Source: Squalus acanthias (lineage: Eukaryota). From it: a stretch of 64,000 bases of DNA. Positions 52,133 through 63,325 of the stretch are shown here, in pieces. How positions within the stretch are numbered: the first letter of the stretch is position 1; each line of letters opens with the position of its first letter. A model generated the notes under the pieces. The model had not been told where the DNA came from. It saw nothing but the letters and a program-made list of their open reading frames with translations, and ran no database searches. The position numbers were made by a program, and so were the translations under genes. The stretch spans positions 120,344,001 through 120,408,000 of the forward strand of contig CM059432.1 of NCBI GenBank assembly GCA_030390025.1. Direction: 5' to 3'.

Positions 52133-54096
52133 ATGGAGAGGGTGAGAGAACGCGCTCATCGCTTCACCGAGCGGGCCTTGGATGCTCTGGTTGACGCAGT
52201 GGAGCGCAGACGATGCATGCTGTTCCCAGAGAGTGGCAGGAGGCCTTTGCCACGCGAGTTCAGAAGAGTGTGGAGGGAGGTGGCTCAGAGCGTCTCCTCC
52301 AGGAGCATGGTGCCCAGGACCCATGTCCAGTGCCGCAAAAAGTTCAACGACCTCACTCGGGTCGTCAGGGTGAGTGGCTTTTTCTCAATACCTCTCCATC
52401 CCTCCATCTCAACCTCACTCTATGGCCAGAGGGTCTTAAAACCCCAATGCACAACACTCATCCAACACCTATGGCCCTTTCATCAAACACACACACACAT
52501 TCCACACTTTGCATACAGTAAGGGCTATTCACCTATGGGAGGCACATCAGGCAAGACCATGGCTGCATATTGTAAGGGCTATTCACCTATGGGAGGCACA
52601 TCAGGCAAGACCATGGCTGCATATTGTAAGGGCTATTCACCTATGGGAGGCACATCAGGCAAGACCATGGCTGTATATTGACTCAGATGCTGTCCTTTTT
52701 CTTGCAGGCTAAGCTGGCTCATAATCGGAGACAGCAGCAACGGACGGGTGGAGGGCGGCTTCAGCTGCAACCCCTCAGCGATCTGGAGGAGCGCGTCCAC
52801 AGGATTGTGGCAAGCCGGGTGATCGGTCCCGTCGCCACTGGAGACGCCGACCCCGTTGTGGACAGCAATGGTAAGGTCATCACCTTTTTGTCCTCTGTCC
52901 TTCCACTTGTCCCTCACAATACCAGCCTTTGACACTTTCAATCCAACTTGCTAACTCGCTGCACTTATTCCTCCCTTACTGCCACCCTGTCCTCACGCTA
53001 AAGCCACTCTTGTACCTCCCTGCTTTCAGATGGTGATTCACCAGCTGAGGAGATGGTCCCTGAAGCTGCCACTGGGAGTGATGCTGCAGCTGAGGAGGAA
53101 GAGGAAGCCGGAGCATCAGTGCCACCCTCTCCCGAGGAAGCCCATGGCCACACTGGGAACACGCCTTCCCCGGAGGGCAGCAGGGGGGAAGGGGCTGATG
53201 ATGGTGAAGTTCCAGGACCCAGCGGGCTGCAGCAACGCCATGGGGGGGGGAGGGAAGAACGGGGGAGCAGGGGGGAAGGGGCTGATGATGGTGAAGTTCC
53301 AGGACCCAGCGGGCTGCAGCAATGCCATGGGGGGGGGAGGGAAGAACGGGAGCCTTCTCCCCAGAGGGAGAGTATGCCAGACACTCCTAATGCAATGGAC
53401 GCAGAGGAGGAGCGGATGATTGCAGAAATGAACAGCCAGGCGGTGGTCATGCACACTGAGCTCATGGGTGCAGTGGGAAGGGTGCCCGAATGCATTGAGG
53501 CACTGGCAAGGAGTGTGGAGCACTTCGCTGTAGCACAGGCGGATGCCACACTAAAGCTTACTGCTGCAATTCAGTCACTGGCTGCCAGGAACCCATCTGA
53601 GCCTGCTCTCATGCAGACTCAGATTGAGGCCACGCGAGCACTGACTGCTGCCATCCTCGATGGTTCGTGCACATGTCCCCGGGGCTGTCACCACGCCGCA
53701 GCAGGCCAGCAATCTGTTCTCAGGCAAATTGCTCCGGATGCTGAAGTGCTGCCCCGTGGGAGTGCCAGTGTGTCGGGCGAGCAGGGAGTTGCTGTCCTCT
53801 CTCACGATGACAGCATTCCTGCTGCCAACACTGTCACTTCTCCACTGCACTTGCCACCGCCTGTAGGACAGACTGCTGCCGCCCATGCAGAGTTGGTGCA
53901 GTCTGCAGCCGGGCCCTCCAGGCCCAGAAGTGGTCGAGGCCGGCCTTCAGGGGCATCTGCAGTGTCAGGGTCTGACAAGCAGCAGCCTTCCACCAGCCTT
54001 GCTGCAGCCACTGAGGTCCCATTACGGAGGAGCAGTAGGGTTAGAAGGGGGGAAGTGCGCAAGGGAAGGAGATCACCCTCGAAGGGCAAAAAGTAG
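52133..54096 (+). CDS. Harbinger Myb/SANT-like DNA-binding protein, 488 aa, exons 52133-52369, 52708-52870, 53030-54096
   Basis: RFTERAL..W..RTHVQCRKKFNDL; donors GTGAGT and GTAAGG; pyrimidine-rich CAG acceptors; 237+163+1067=1467 nt in frame; basic NLS-like C-terminus. Confidence 0.88.
52518..52679 (+). repeat. 54-bp tandem repeat x3 in Myb intron 1
   Basis: GTAAGGGCTATTCACCTATGGGAGGCACATCAGGCAAGACCATGGCTGCATATT. Confidence 0.95.
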
Positions 54097-54390
54097 GAGG
54101 TGTGACAAAATGCTGGTCATTTTTTTATTAAAGGCCGAGGTTCATGGCCCAACTTTTGTTTAGTGTTTTGGACATTATCTCCAGGTTGTGAGAACCAGTT
54201 ATATTATTGACTGTTTTTTTGTGTTTATTTCTATGAGTTTGTCATGAGGAATTGACACACACAGAGTTTGTACAATAAATAAGTTTCTGTATTCAAAATA
54301 TACATGGCTGGTGGTTGGAATTATTGGTGCCTTGGCCGGCTTAGGGGTTGCGTGCTGGGTTGATTCGTGTTTGTAGCACTGGCAGGGGCC

Positions 54391-55551
54391 CTAGAAGCGG
54401 CTTGCTATTAGTCGTTGACGGACGGCCCTTGCAGTTTGACCATTGTGGGCCGCCCTCCTGCCTTGGTGCTGCTGCTGATCATCGTCCTCGGCCTGTTCCT
54501 CCTCTTCCTCCTCCTCCTCTTGTGGTGCTGCAAGGCCTGGTGGCATTGGCTGCGTCCTGAGGATTGCCATGTTGTGCAACATGCAGCACACCACTACGAA
54601 TTTGGAAACTTGCTCAGGCGAGTACTGCAGGGCTCCTCCGGAATGGTCCAGACAGCGGAATCGTTGTTTGAGCACGCCGATTGTGCGCTCAATAATGTTC
54701 CTCGTTGCTTGTTGGCTTTCCTGGTACCGCAGCTCAGCAGGGGTGTTTGGCGCACGGAGCGGTGTCATCAGCCAGGTGCTCAATGCGTACCCCTTGTCCC
54801 CCAGAAGCCAACCGACTGGCTGATGCGGTGCCTCGAAAATTTCTGCCACAGTACTCTGGCGCAGGATGAAAGCATCGTGGCAGCTGCCCGGATAGTGGGC
54901 ATTGACAGCGAGAATCACCTGTCTGTGGTCACAGACCAACTGCACATTCAAGGAATGGAACCCCTTTCTGTTCCGGAACTCCTCTGCATTCTCTCGCGGA
55001 GCACGCAAAGCCACATGCGTGCAGTCAATGGCGCCCTGCACCATGGGGAAGCCCGCTACCCTCGCAAAGCCCATAGCACGGTCATGCTGCTTGTCTGGGG
55101 TCATAGGGAAGGAGATGAAGTCTCGTCTCCTTGTGAAGAGGGCATTGGTGACCTGCCGGATGCAGCGATGCACCGCAAACTGGGAGATATTGGCGAGGTC
55201 CCCAACAGCAGCTTGGAATGAGCCAGTGGCGTAGAAGTTCAAGGCCACTGTGACCTTCACTGCCACCGACAGAGACGTCCTGGACCTCAGCTGAGGCTGC
55301 AGATCTGGCTGCAGCAGGTGGCAGAGCTCAGTGACCACCTCCTTGCTGAATCGCAGCCTTCGCAAACACAGCTCCTCGGACATGTGGATGTAGGAGAGCT
55401 GTTCACGATATACCCTGGGAGGGTAAGCTCTCCTGTACATGCGCCTGATGGGCCTCCTCCGTCTGGCCATCATTGCCACTCTCTGTCTGCGTCTCACTCT
55501 GCTCCGATTGAGCTGGAGCAGGACGACGCCCCCAATCATTGCAGCCCCCAT
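54391..55551 (-). CDS. Harbinger DDE transposase (HARBI1-like family), 386 aa, uninterrupted
   Basis: [64 protein letters not shown]. Confidence 0.95.
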   Translation of the reverse strand: MGAAMIGGVVLLQLNRSRVRRRQRVAMMARRRRPIRRMYRRAYPPRVYREQLSYIHMSEELCLRRLRFSKEVVTELCHLLQPDLQPQLRSRTSLSVAVKVTVALNFYATGSFQAAVGDLANISQFAVHRCIRQVTNALFTRRRDFISFPMTPDKQHDRAMGFARVAGFPMVQGAIDCTHVALRAPRENAEEFRNRKGFHSLNVQLVCDHRQVILAVNAHYPGSCHDAFILRQSTVAEIFEAPHQPVGWLLGDKGYALSTWLMTPLRAPNTPAELRYQESQQATRNIIERTIGVLKQRFRCLDHSGGALQYSPEQVSKFVVVCCMLHNMAILRTQPMPPGLAAPQEEEEEEEEQAEDDDQQQHQGRRAAHNGQTARAVRQRLIASRF

Positions 55552-55746
55552 CTTCTCTTTGCCAGAAAAGTAATGAGGTACAGCAACGAAAGTAGCAGCA
55601 AAGTTAGGATGAACTAGGCAAAACTACCTCACAAAGCGTTGAGTCAATGTAGAAGTCTCTCTCTCTCTCTCTCCGAATCTCTCTCTCTCTCTCAGAACGA
55701 GTGGTGCATAAATGTCGACCACAGAAAAAGACAGGAAGAGGCCCCC

Positions 55747-55754
55747 TTTAAATA
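55747..55754 (-). promoter_or_regulatory. TATA-like box upstream of the transposase
   Basis: TATTTAAA in GC-rich context about 200 bp upstream of ATG; conserved in both MITEs. Confidence 0.5.
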
Positions 55755-56169
55755 GCGCCCCCCCCAGCCCCAGACCGATTGATAACGTTCCAGTCTTCCG
55801 GTCGTTGGAAGCGCCAGGCGGTAAGGCAGGGGGCGCCACTCAATTTCCGCTCCGGGGCGCCCCAAGGGCGTTGCACCACGGACTGACGTCACAATCTGCG
55901 CGCGCAGGTGGTCGCAGCGGTAAGTTTTAGCGCTGCCGCACAATCTCAAGTTAAGTTCTCGAGCGGCGCAAACAGCGCTGCGCCCGGGCGTTAGCGCCTT
56001 AACGCCCCATTAGCGCCCATTTATGGCGCTAACGGGAGGCGCAACCAACTGAATTTTTACCCCTAAAAATTCTCTATCTTCCTACCCCATGGATTCCTCT
56101 TGGCCTGAAACGTCAGCCCTGTTGGCCTTTCCAGCTGCTGTAAACATTCTTGGTCTGTCCTAGCCTGAA

Positions 56170-56455
56170 TAAGAACATAATAACATTAGAACATAAGAAA
56201 TAGGAGCGGGAGTAATCCATACGGCCCCTCGAGCCTGCTCCACCATTCAATAAGCTCATGGCTGATCTTCAACCTCAACTCCACTTTCCTGCCCTATCTC
56301 CATATCCCTTGATTCCTCTAGAATCCAAAAATCTATTGATCTCAGCCTTTAATGTACTCAACGACTGAGCATCCACAGCCCTTTGGGGCAGAGAATTCCA
56401 AAGATTCACAGCCCTCTGAGTGAAGAAATTCCTCCTCATCTCAGTTTTTAAAGGC
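56170..56455 (-). mobile_element. CR1 3' fragment
   Basis: KTEMRRNFFTQRAVNLWNSLP; CR1 tail. Confidence 0.88.
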
Positions 56456-57061
56456 TTTGCTTCTGACTTAGTATCCTTGGCTTCTCTTCCCATCTCCTGT
56501 TTCCCTACTCTGTAGGCCCATCTCAGGCCCTAGCTTCGATGCCTACTCTGTAAACATTTCTCTCGCCCCTCCCACAGGTTCTCAGACCCAAGTCTCATTC
56601 TTCAAAATGATTATCTCTCTCCCCCACCAACAGATTCTCAGACTGAACCTCTCTGTATAAAGATATTTGCCTTTCCCCCTCCCACAGTTTCCTGCCTGAA
56701 ACCCCACGCTGTGAAGATTTTAGGACTCACACTTCAGTTGAAAAAGAACAGATCATTCTAATCAGTCAAGTCTGCATTATCTTTCTTCACGTATGTGTGT
56801 CTATTTCTGTTCACCTTCTTCACCTGACAGACGCAAAGACTGGATTTACACTACAAAGCACCTTCATACTTGTAATGTATTATCACATGGTTTGTCACAT
56901 GGTTTGGTATGAGCATGCTCAGTTTGCTCTGGCCTAATAAAGCAAGCACATGGACTAGCAACTCATTGTGTCTTTGACCTTCATTTGTTCTACCCACATA
57001 TATTATATTTTGGCAAAGAGGTTGGGATCCCAAAACCATTTTTAGGGATCATGGAAGGAGA

Positions 57062-58205
57062 CATACAAACATACGAATTAGGAGCAGGAGTAGGCCACTC
57101 AGCCCCTCGAGCCTGCTCCGCCATTCAATAAGATCATGGCTGATCTGATTACTCTACATTCCCGCCTACCCCCGATAACCTTTCACCCCCTTGCTTATCA
57201 AGAATCTATCTACCTCTGCCTTAAAAATATTAAAAGACTCTGCTTCCACCGTCCTCTGAGGAAGAGAGTTCCAAAGACTCACGACCATCTGTGAGAAAAA
57301 AATTCTCCTCATCTCTGTCTTAAATGGGCGACCCCTTATTTTTAAACAGTGACCCCTAGTTCTAAATTCTCCCACAAGAGGAAACATCCTCTCCACATCC
57401 ACCCTCTCCAGACCCCTCAGGATCTTATATGTTTCAATCAAGTCACCTCTTACTCTTCTAAACTCCAGCGGATACAAGCCTAGCCTGTCCAACCTTTCCT
57501 CATAAGACAACCCGCCCATTCCAGGTATTAGTCTAGTAAACCTTCTCTGAACTGCTTCCAACGCATTTAAATCCTTCCTTAAATAAGGAGACCAATACTG
57601 TACACAGTACTCCAGATGTGGTCTCACCAATGCCCTGTATAACTGAAGCATAACCTCCCTACTTTGGAATTCGATTCCCCTCGCAATAAACAATAACATT
57701 CTATTAGCATTTCTAATTACTTGCTGTACCTGCATACTAACCTTTTGCGATTCATGCACTAGGACACCCAGATCCCTCTGCATCTCAGAGCTCTACAATC
57801 TCTCACCATTTAGATAATATGCTTCTTTTTTATTCTTCCTGCCAAAATGGACAATTTCACATTTTCCCACATTTTTCTACTCCATTTGCCAGATCTTTGC
57901 CCACTCACTTAAACTATCTATATCCCTTTGTAGCCTCCTTATGTCCTCTTCATAATTTACTTTCCTACCTATCTTTGTGTCATCAGCAAAGTTAGCAACC
58001 ATACCTTCGGTCCCTTCATCCAAGTCATTTATATAAATTGTAAAAAGTTGAGGCCCCAGCACTGATCCCTGTGGCACACCACTCGTTACATCTTGCCAAC
58101 CAGAAAATGACCCATTTATGCCTACTCTCTGTTTCCTGTTAGCTAGCCAATCTTCTATCCATGCCAATATGTTACCCCCTACACCATGAGCTTTTATTTT
58201 CCGCT
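57062..58205 (-). mobile_element. CR1 LINE 3' portion inserted in the Gypsy 5' UTR
   Basis: GVPQGSVLGP, NFADDTK, LVRPHLEYCVQYW ORFs; CR1 tail. Confidence 0.92.
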
Positions 58206-59187
58206 CAGCCTTCAAGTGGACACGGTTAAGGTAAATTTGTGACACTTAAACTGAATTTTTGCAATGTTTTACTGTTAATGCTCATGCAGAATCGTCTGTG
58301 CTTCGCCTTTGCGTGTATGTTTACATAGCAACAGCAGTGTTGATTCTCACATGTACATAGGTAGCGTGCTGAGTCACTGTTTGACGGGATAGGGACAATC
58401 ATGGCCGCTCCTACAGGATTCATCCGACGCCTCGGCATGTATGACCGAGCTCGCGAACCATTCAGTTCTTACATTGAGCGGATGGAGATGTTTTTTAAGG
58501 CCAATAACATTATTGAGACTGAAGGTGCAGATGAGAATGTTCAAGCTCAAAATAAAATAATTTGTGAACAGAAGAAAGCAGTTTTTCTAACAGAGATCGG
58601 GCCAGATGTCTACGGAACGTTGACAAACCTACTCGCGCCAGGGAAAGTGAAGGATCCGTCGTTTGAAGACATTGTCGAGAAACTCGAGGACCATTTCAAC
58701 CCAAATAGCAGAGAGCTATAAGTTTGGTACCAGAAACCAAAAAGAAAGTGAAACCATCAGTGAATACATTGTAGCTCTTAAAAACCTGTCTTTGCATTGG
58801 AACTTCGGTACAATTTTGTATCTCACGTTGTGAGATATGTTTGTGTGTCGACTGGTGGATGAGCGCACAGAGTCCAAGTTACTGAACACTCCGACCCTAA
58901 CGTTTGACATAGCATGCAAAATTGTCCTATCTATGGAGATGGCATCTAAGACTGCTAAGGAGCTCCGTCCACCTCAAGTGACGAGTGCTGCTGAGGTCTA
59001 CAGTCACAAAGCCACCACCAAACCTAAAGATGTGAGACCGAGTCAAAAGCATGTCGGTGAGAGCAGTTCAATGAATTGTTATCACTGCAATGGAAATCAC
59101 TCGCCACAGTCCTGCCAATACAGAAATGCGACGTGTTTTCTCTGCCAGAAGCAAGGCCATATTTCAACAGCTTGCAGAGCTAAATCG

Positions 59188-60300
59188 AAGGCAGCATTTG
59201 ACCGAGTCTGGCATCAAGGAGCCCTAGTAAAACTGAAGTCAATGGGAATCAGGGGGAAAACGCTCCACTGGCTGGAGTCATACCTAGCACAAAGGAATAT
59301 GGTTGTGGTGGTTGAAGGTCAATTATCACAGCCCCAGGACATCGCTGAAGGAGTTCCTTAGGGCAGTGTCCTAGGCCCAACCATCTTCAGCTGCTTCATC
59401 AATGACCTTCCCTCCAACATAAGGTCAGAAATGGGGATGTTCGCTGATGACTGCACAGTGTTCAGCACCATTCACAACTTCACAGATAATGAAGCAGTCC
59501 ATGCCCGCATGCAACAAGACCTGGACGACGTTCAGGCTTGGGCTGATAAGTGGCAGGTAACATTCGTGCCACAGAAGTGCCAGGCAATGACTACCTCCAA
59601 CAAGCGAGAGTCTAACCACCTCTCCTTGACATTCAATGGCATTATCATCGCCAAATCCCCCACCATCAACATCCTGGGGATCACCATTAACCAGAAACTG
59701 AACTGAACCAGCCAAATAAATACTGTGGCAACAAGAGCAGGTCAAAGGCTAGGTATTCTGCGGCGAGTGTCTCACCTCCTGACTCCCCAAAGCCTTTCCA
59801 CCATCTACAAGGCATGTGATGGAATACTCTCCACTTGCCTGGATGAGTGCAGCTCCAACAACACTCAAGAAGCTCGACACCATCCAGGACAAAGCAGCCC
59901 GCTTGATTGGCACCCCATCCACCACCTTAAACATTCACTCCCTCCACCACCGGCGTACCGTGGCTGCAGTGTGTACCATCTACAAGATGCACTGCAGCAA
60001 CTCGCCAAGGCTTCTTCGGCAGCACCTCCCAAACCCGCGACCTCTTCCACCTAGAAGGACAAGGGCAGCAGACACATGGGAACACCACCACCTCCAAGTT
60101 CCCCTCAAGTCACACACCATCCTGACTTAGAAGTATATCGCCGATCCTTCATCGTCGCTGGGTCAAAATCCGGGAACTCCCTACCTAGCAGCGGTTCAAG
60201 AAGGCGGCTCACCACCACCTTCTCAAGGGCAACTAGGGATGGACAATAAATGCTGGCCTTGCAAGTGACGCCCTGATCCCATAAACAAATAAAAAAAAAC
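59188..60300 (+). mobile_element. CR1/L2-group LINE (family B), 5'-truncated, inserted in gag
   Basis: KAAFDRVWHQG, MFADDCTVF; A-rich tail at 60290. Confidence 0.9.
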
Positions 60301-62705
60301 ATTCTTGTGACAATGCAAAGCAGCAACAACAAAAGGGAGGAGTTCACAATATTGAAGTGAACACACCTGATGTTGAAGAACTAGGCATTTACAGTATCTA
60401 TGCCACTAGTGGCAACGCTAGCAGTCGTGAGAAAGATTTCCGTACAATACTTTTGATCAAAGAGCAATATATTAATATATGTATCAACACGGCGGCGGAC
60501 TGCTCTATCGTGAGTAAGGACACATGAGTGTAAGTTTAATCAAATACCACTTACAAAGAGTACCGTAGAGTTAAAAACCTACTCTGGAGAATTCCTAGAG
60601 ACATGTGGACAAATGGAATGTACAGTTCAGCACAATGGCCAGTCAGTAAAGCTGCCTATTATTGTAGCGAGCTACAACAACAGGCCAATCCTCATGGGCA
60701 AAGACTGGTTGAGAAAGTTAAAACTAGATTGGAAAAACATCTTCAGTGTAGATGCTTCAAAGAAGCGACTCGACACAATGCTGAACAAGTATAAAAGCAT
60801 GTTCACAGACAGTTATGAGGGCATCACTGGGTATGACGCGCATATCCGCATCAAGTCCAACGTGAAGCCTGTCTATTGTAAGGCAAGGCCGGTCCCCTAT
60901 GCGTTGAAAAGTCAAGTGGAGGAAGAGCTAGCGAAGCTCAGAGAGAACGGAGTGCTGGTAAAAGCTGACAAAAGTGAATGGGCTACCCCGATTGTGGTAG
61001 TGCCCAAAGCAGACAAAACTGTACGCTTGTGTGGAGACTACAAAGTTACTATCAACCAAGCAGTTGACGACGAACTTTACCCTTTATCTACATCACAAGA
61101 TTTGTATGCAGCATTCTCTGGGTCAAAGGTTTTCTCCAAGCTTGACCTGTCGCATGCTTACGCTCAACTGAATGTTGACAAAGAGAGTCAACAGTATCTC
61201 ACCATCAACACACACAAGGGACTGTACTCATACACCAAGCTGCCGTATGGTGTAAAGTCCTTACCAAAATCATCCAGGCTACGATGGATAAGATTTTGCA
61301 AGGAGTTCCAAATTGCTTATGCAATCAAGACGATGTGCTGATCGCAACAAGCAGTGAGGAAGAAAATCTAGAAGTGTTAGCTTTAGTGCTTCAAAGGTTG
61401 AATTCCCACAATGTCAAATTGAAAAGGAGCAAATGTGCTTTTGTGCAGCCCGAGGTTGTGTACCTTGGTCTGAAAGTTGATGCAAATGGCTTGCAACCAG
61501 TGAAGGAAAAGTTTGATGCTCTCATCAATGCTCCAAAGCCACAGAATGTTAGTGAAGATCTTTCCTTGGAATGGTCCAGTACTATGCACGTTTCTTACCT
61601 GAGTTAGCGACCATGTTAGCTCCATTGCACAAGCTCCTCAAGAAGGATGTCCAGTGGAAATGGATGAAAGCACAACAGGAAGCTTATGCTGCTTGTACAA
61701 GAAGTCTCTCTAGCGATGCTGTACTTGTGCACTACGACACAGAGCGTGAACTTAAGTTATTGTGTGATGCTTCTAGTTACGGTGTGGGAGCTGTCAGAAG
61801 CCACATAATGGATGATGGCCAAGAGAAACCAATTGTGTTCGCATCGCGAACCCTCACAAAGAGTAAAAGAAACTACGCGCAAATTGAAAAGGAAGCACTC
61901 GCCATAGTGTTAGGAATCAAGAAATTCCAACAGTTCCTGAACGGCAGCCAGTTTACCCTGATAACCGATCACAAACAGCTCTTAACAATATTGGGGCCCA
62001 AATCTGTCATCCCTGCAATGGCCGCACCAAGAATGCAATGTTGGACAGTGTTGTTGTCACAGTATGATTACACGATTGAATATCGCACTTCACGGCAAAA
62101 CGCAATCGCAGATGCCTTGTCCAGGTTGCCACATGAGAACTTGTGTGTTGGGAGTGAAGGTGAGATTTTCACGCTAGGTGCAGTTGAGAAAGACTTTCAC
62201 TTGAATGCAACTAAGATTGCAGATGAGACTTAAAAGGACTCAGTACTGAAAAGAGTGTATGAAAACACCTTGAATGGATGGACTGATCAGTGTATGGACA
62301 CAGAATTGAAACCATTCCATAACCGTTGTACTGAATTATCTTGTGAGCAAGGTTGTATCAAGTGGGGAAACAGAGTGGTGGTACCTACTTCTTTGAGAGA
62401 TAGAATTCTGGCCAAACTTCAGACTGAACATCCAGGGATTGTCAGTATGAAATCAATTGCAACAAGCTTTGTTTACTGGCCTGGATTGGACAGTGAACTT
62501 GAATCACTTGTCACGAAATGCAGCGTTTGCCAAAATAGCAAAAACAAACCACCTCCATTACAACCCTGGTCATGGCCAAGTAGACCTTTTCAGAGAGTAA
62601 ATGTAGATTTCTGTGAGAAAGCAAATGATCATTTCCTGGTACTTGTAGATAGTCACTCAAAGTGGATTGAAGTGAAACACATGGGTTCAAATACTACAAC
62701 TGAAC

Positions 62706-63325
62706 GGGGGAAAAATTGGCTCGCGCCCGAAAGGGTGCTACTTTTAGCGCCCTGAAAAAGTGAGCACCCCGCGCCCGAAATTGAATGGTAGCGCCCCAAG
62801 CAGGAGGCGGGGCACTACTGGAAGCGCTCCCCCCCTCCCTCTTGGGGCGCTCCCATTGAATATCACGGCACTATGTACAGCAGCGCCACGTGCGTCGGCA
62901 TGTAGCACCGCGGTACTATAGGCCTCCCTCCCCTGATTAAAGGGGAGGGGCCTAGCATAGCGTGCACCGGGGCCCTGCTGGACCACCGGGGAGCGGGGTG
63001 CCGGCAAAAGAGCCTGGCATTCAAGAGGAATGCCGAGCTGACGGATCGCGGCTGGCACCCCACAGGAGGAGGCCAGAGGGGGCAGGTGCTGGCAGGCGGC
63101 CCCAAAAAAATGGCCGCTCAGCACCTGCCCTTTAATTATCGTCGCCCCAGCTGCAAAAACGCCACACTCACCCTGACCCAGTCGGACATAGCGTCCGGTG
63201 GTATGTCAGGGGTTCGCGAGCCAAGTTTGTGGTCAGGGCGCAAGCGGGGCACTGCGCACGGCAATGATGTCATCGCTGGAGGCACAGTGCTGTGGGGCGC
63301 TAGGTGCTTTGCAACCCGTTAGCGT
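62706..63325. mobile_element. GC-rich Harbinger-type MITE in the Gypsy integrase, right end lost
   Basis: Starts GGGGGAAAAATTGG with TAGCGCC motifs; integrase resumes at TTGHTPAELLM. Confidence 0.75.

Larger units (their letters stand above)
51776..56063. mobile_element. Apparently intact autonomous PIF/Harbinger transposon (4288 bp)
   Basis: TIRs GGGGTAGAAATT / AATTTTTACCCC; TSD TAA (51773-75, 56064-66); two open convergent genes. Confidence 0.96.

Noticed and set aside
52518..52679. CRISPR-like array or coding repeat in ORF 52121-52681
   Set aside because: Units are contiguous with no spacers and lie in a predicted intron
54415..55234. Long plus-strand ORFs opposite the transposase, and similar antisense ORFs over LINEs
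   Set aside because: Shadow ORFs of GC-rich coding sequence with no motifs
52133..55551. Host genes HARBI1 / NAIF1 / MSANTD
   Set aside because: Both ORFs sit inside TIRs with a TSD and have decayed paralogues nearby, so they are transposon genes rather than domesticated loci
58837..59361. Gag-LINE RT fusion protein
   Set aside because: Chance in-frame junction of a LINE insertion into an already disrupted gag; stops at 59361
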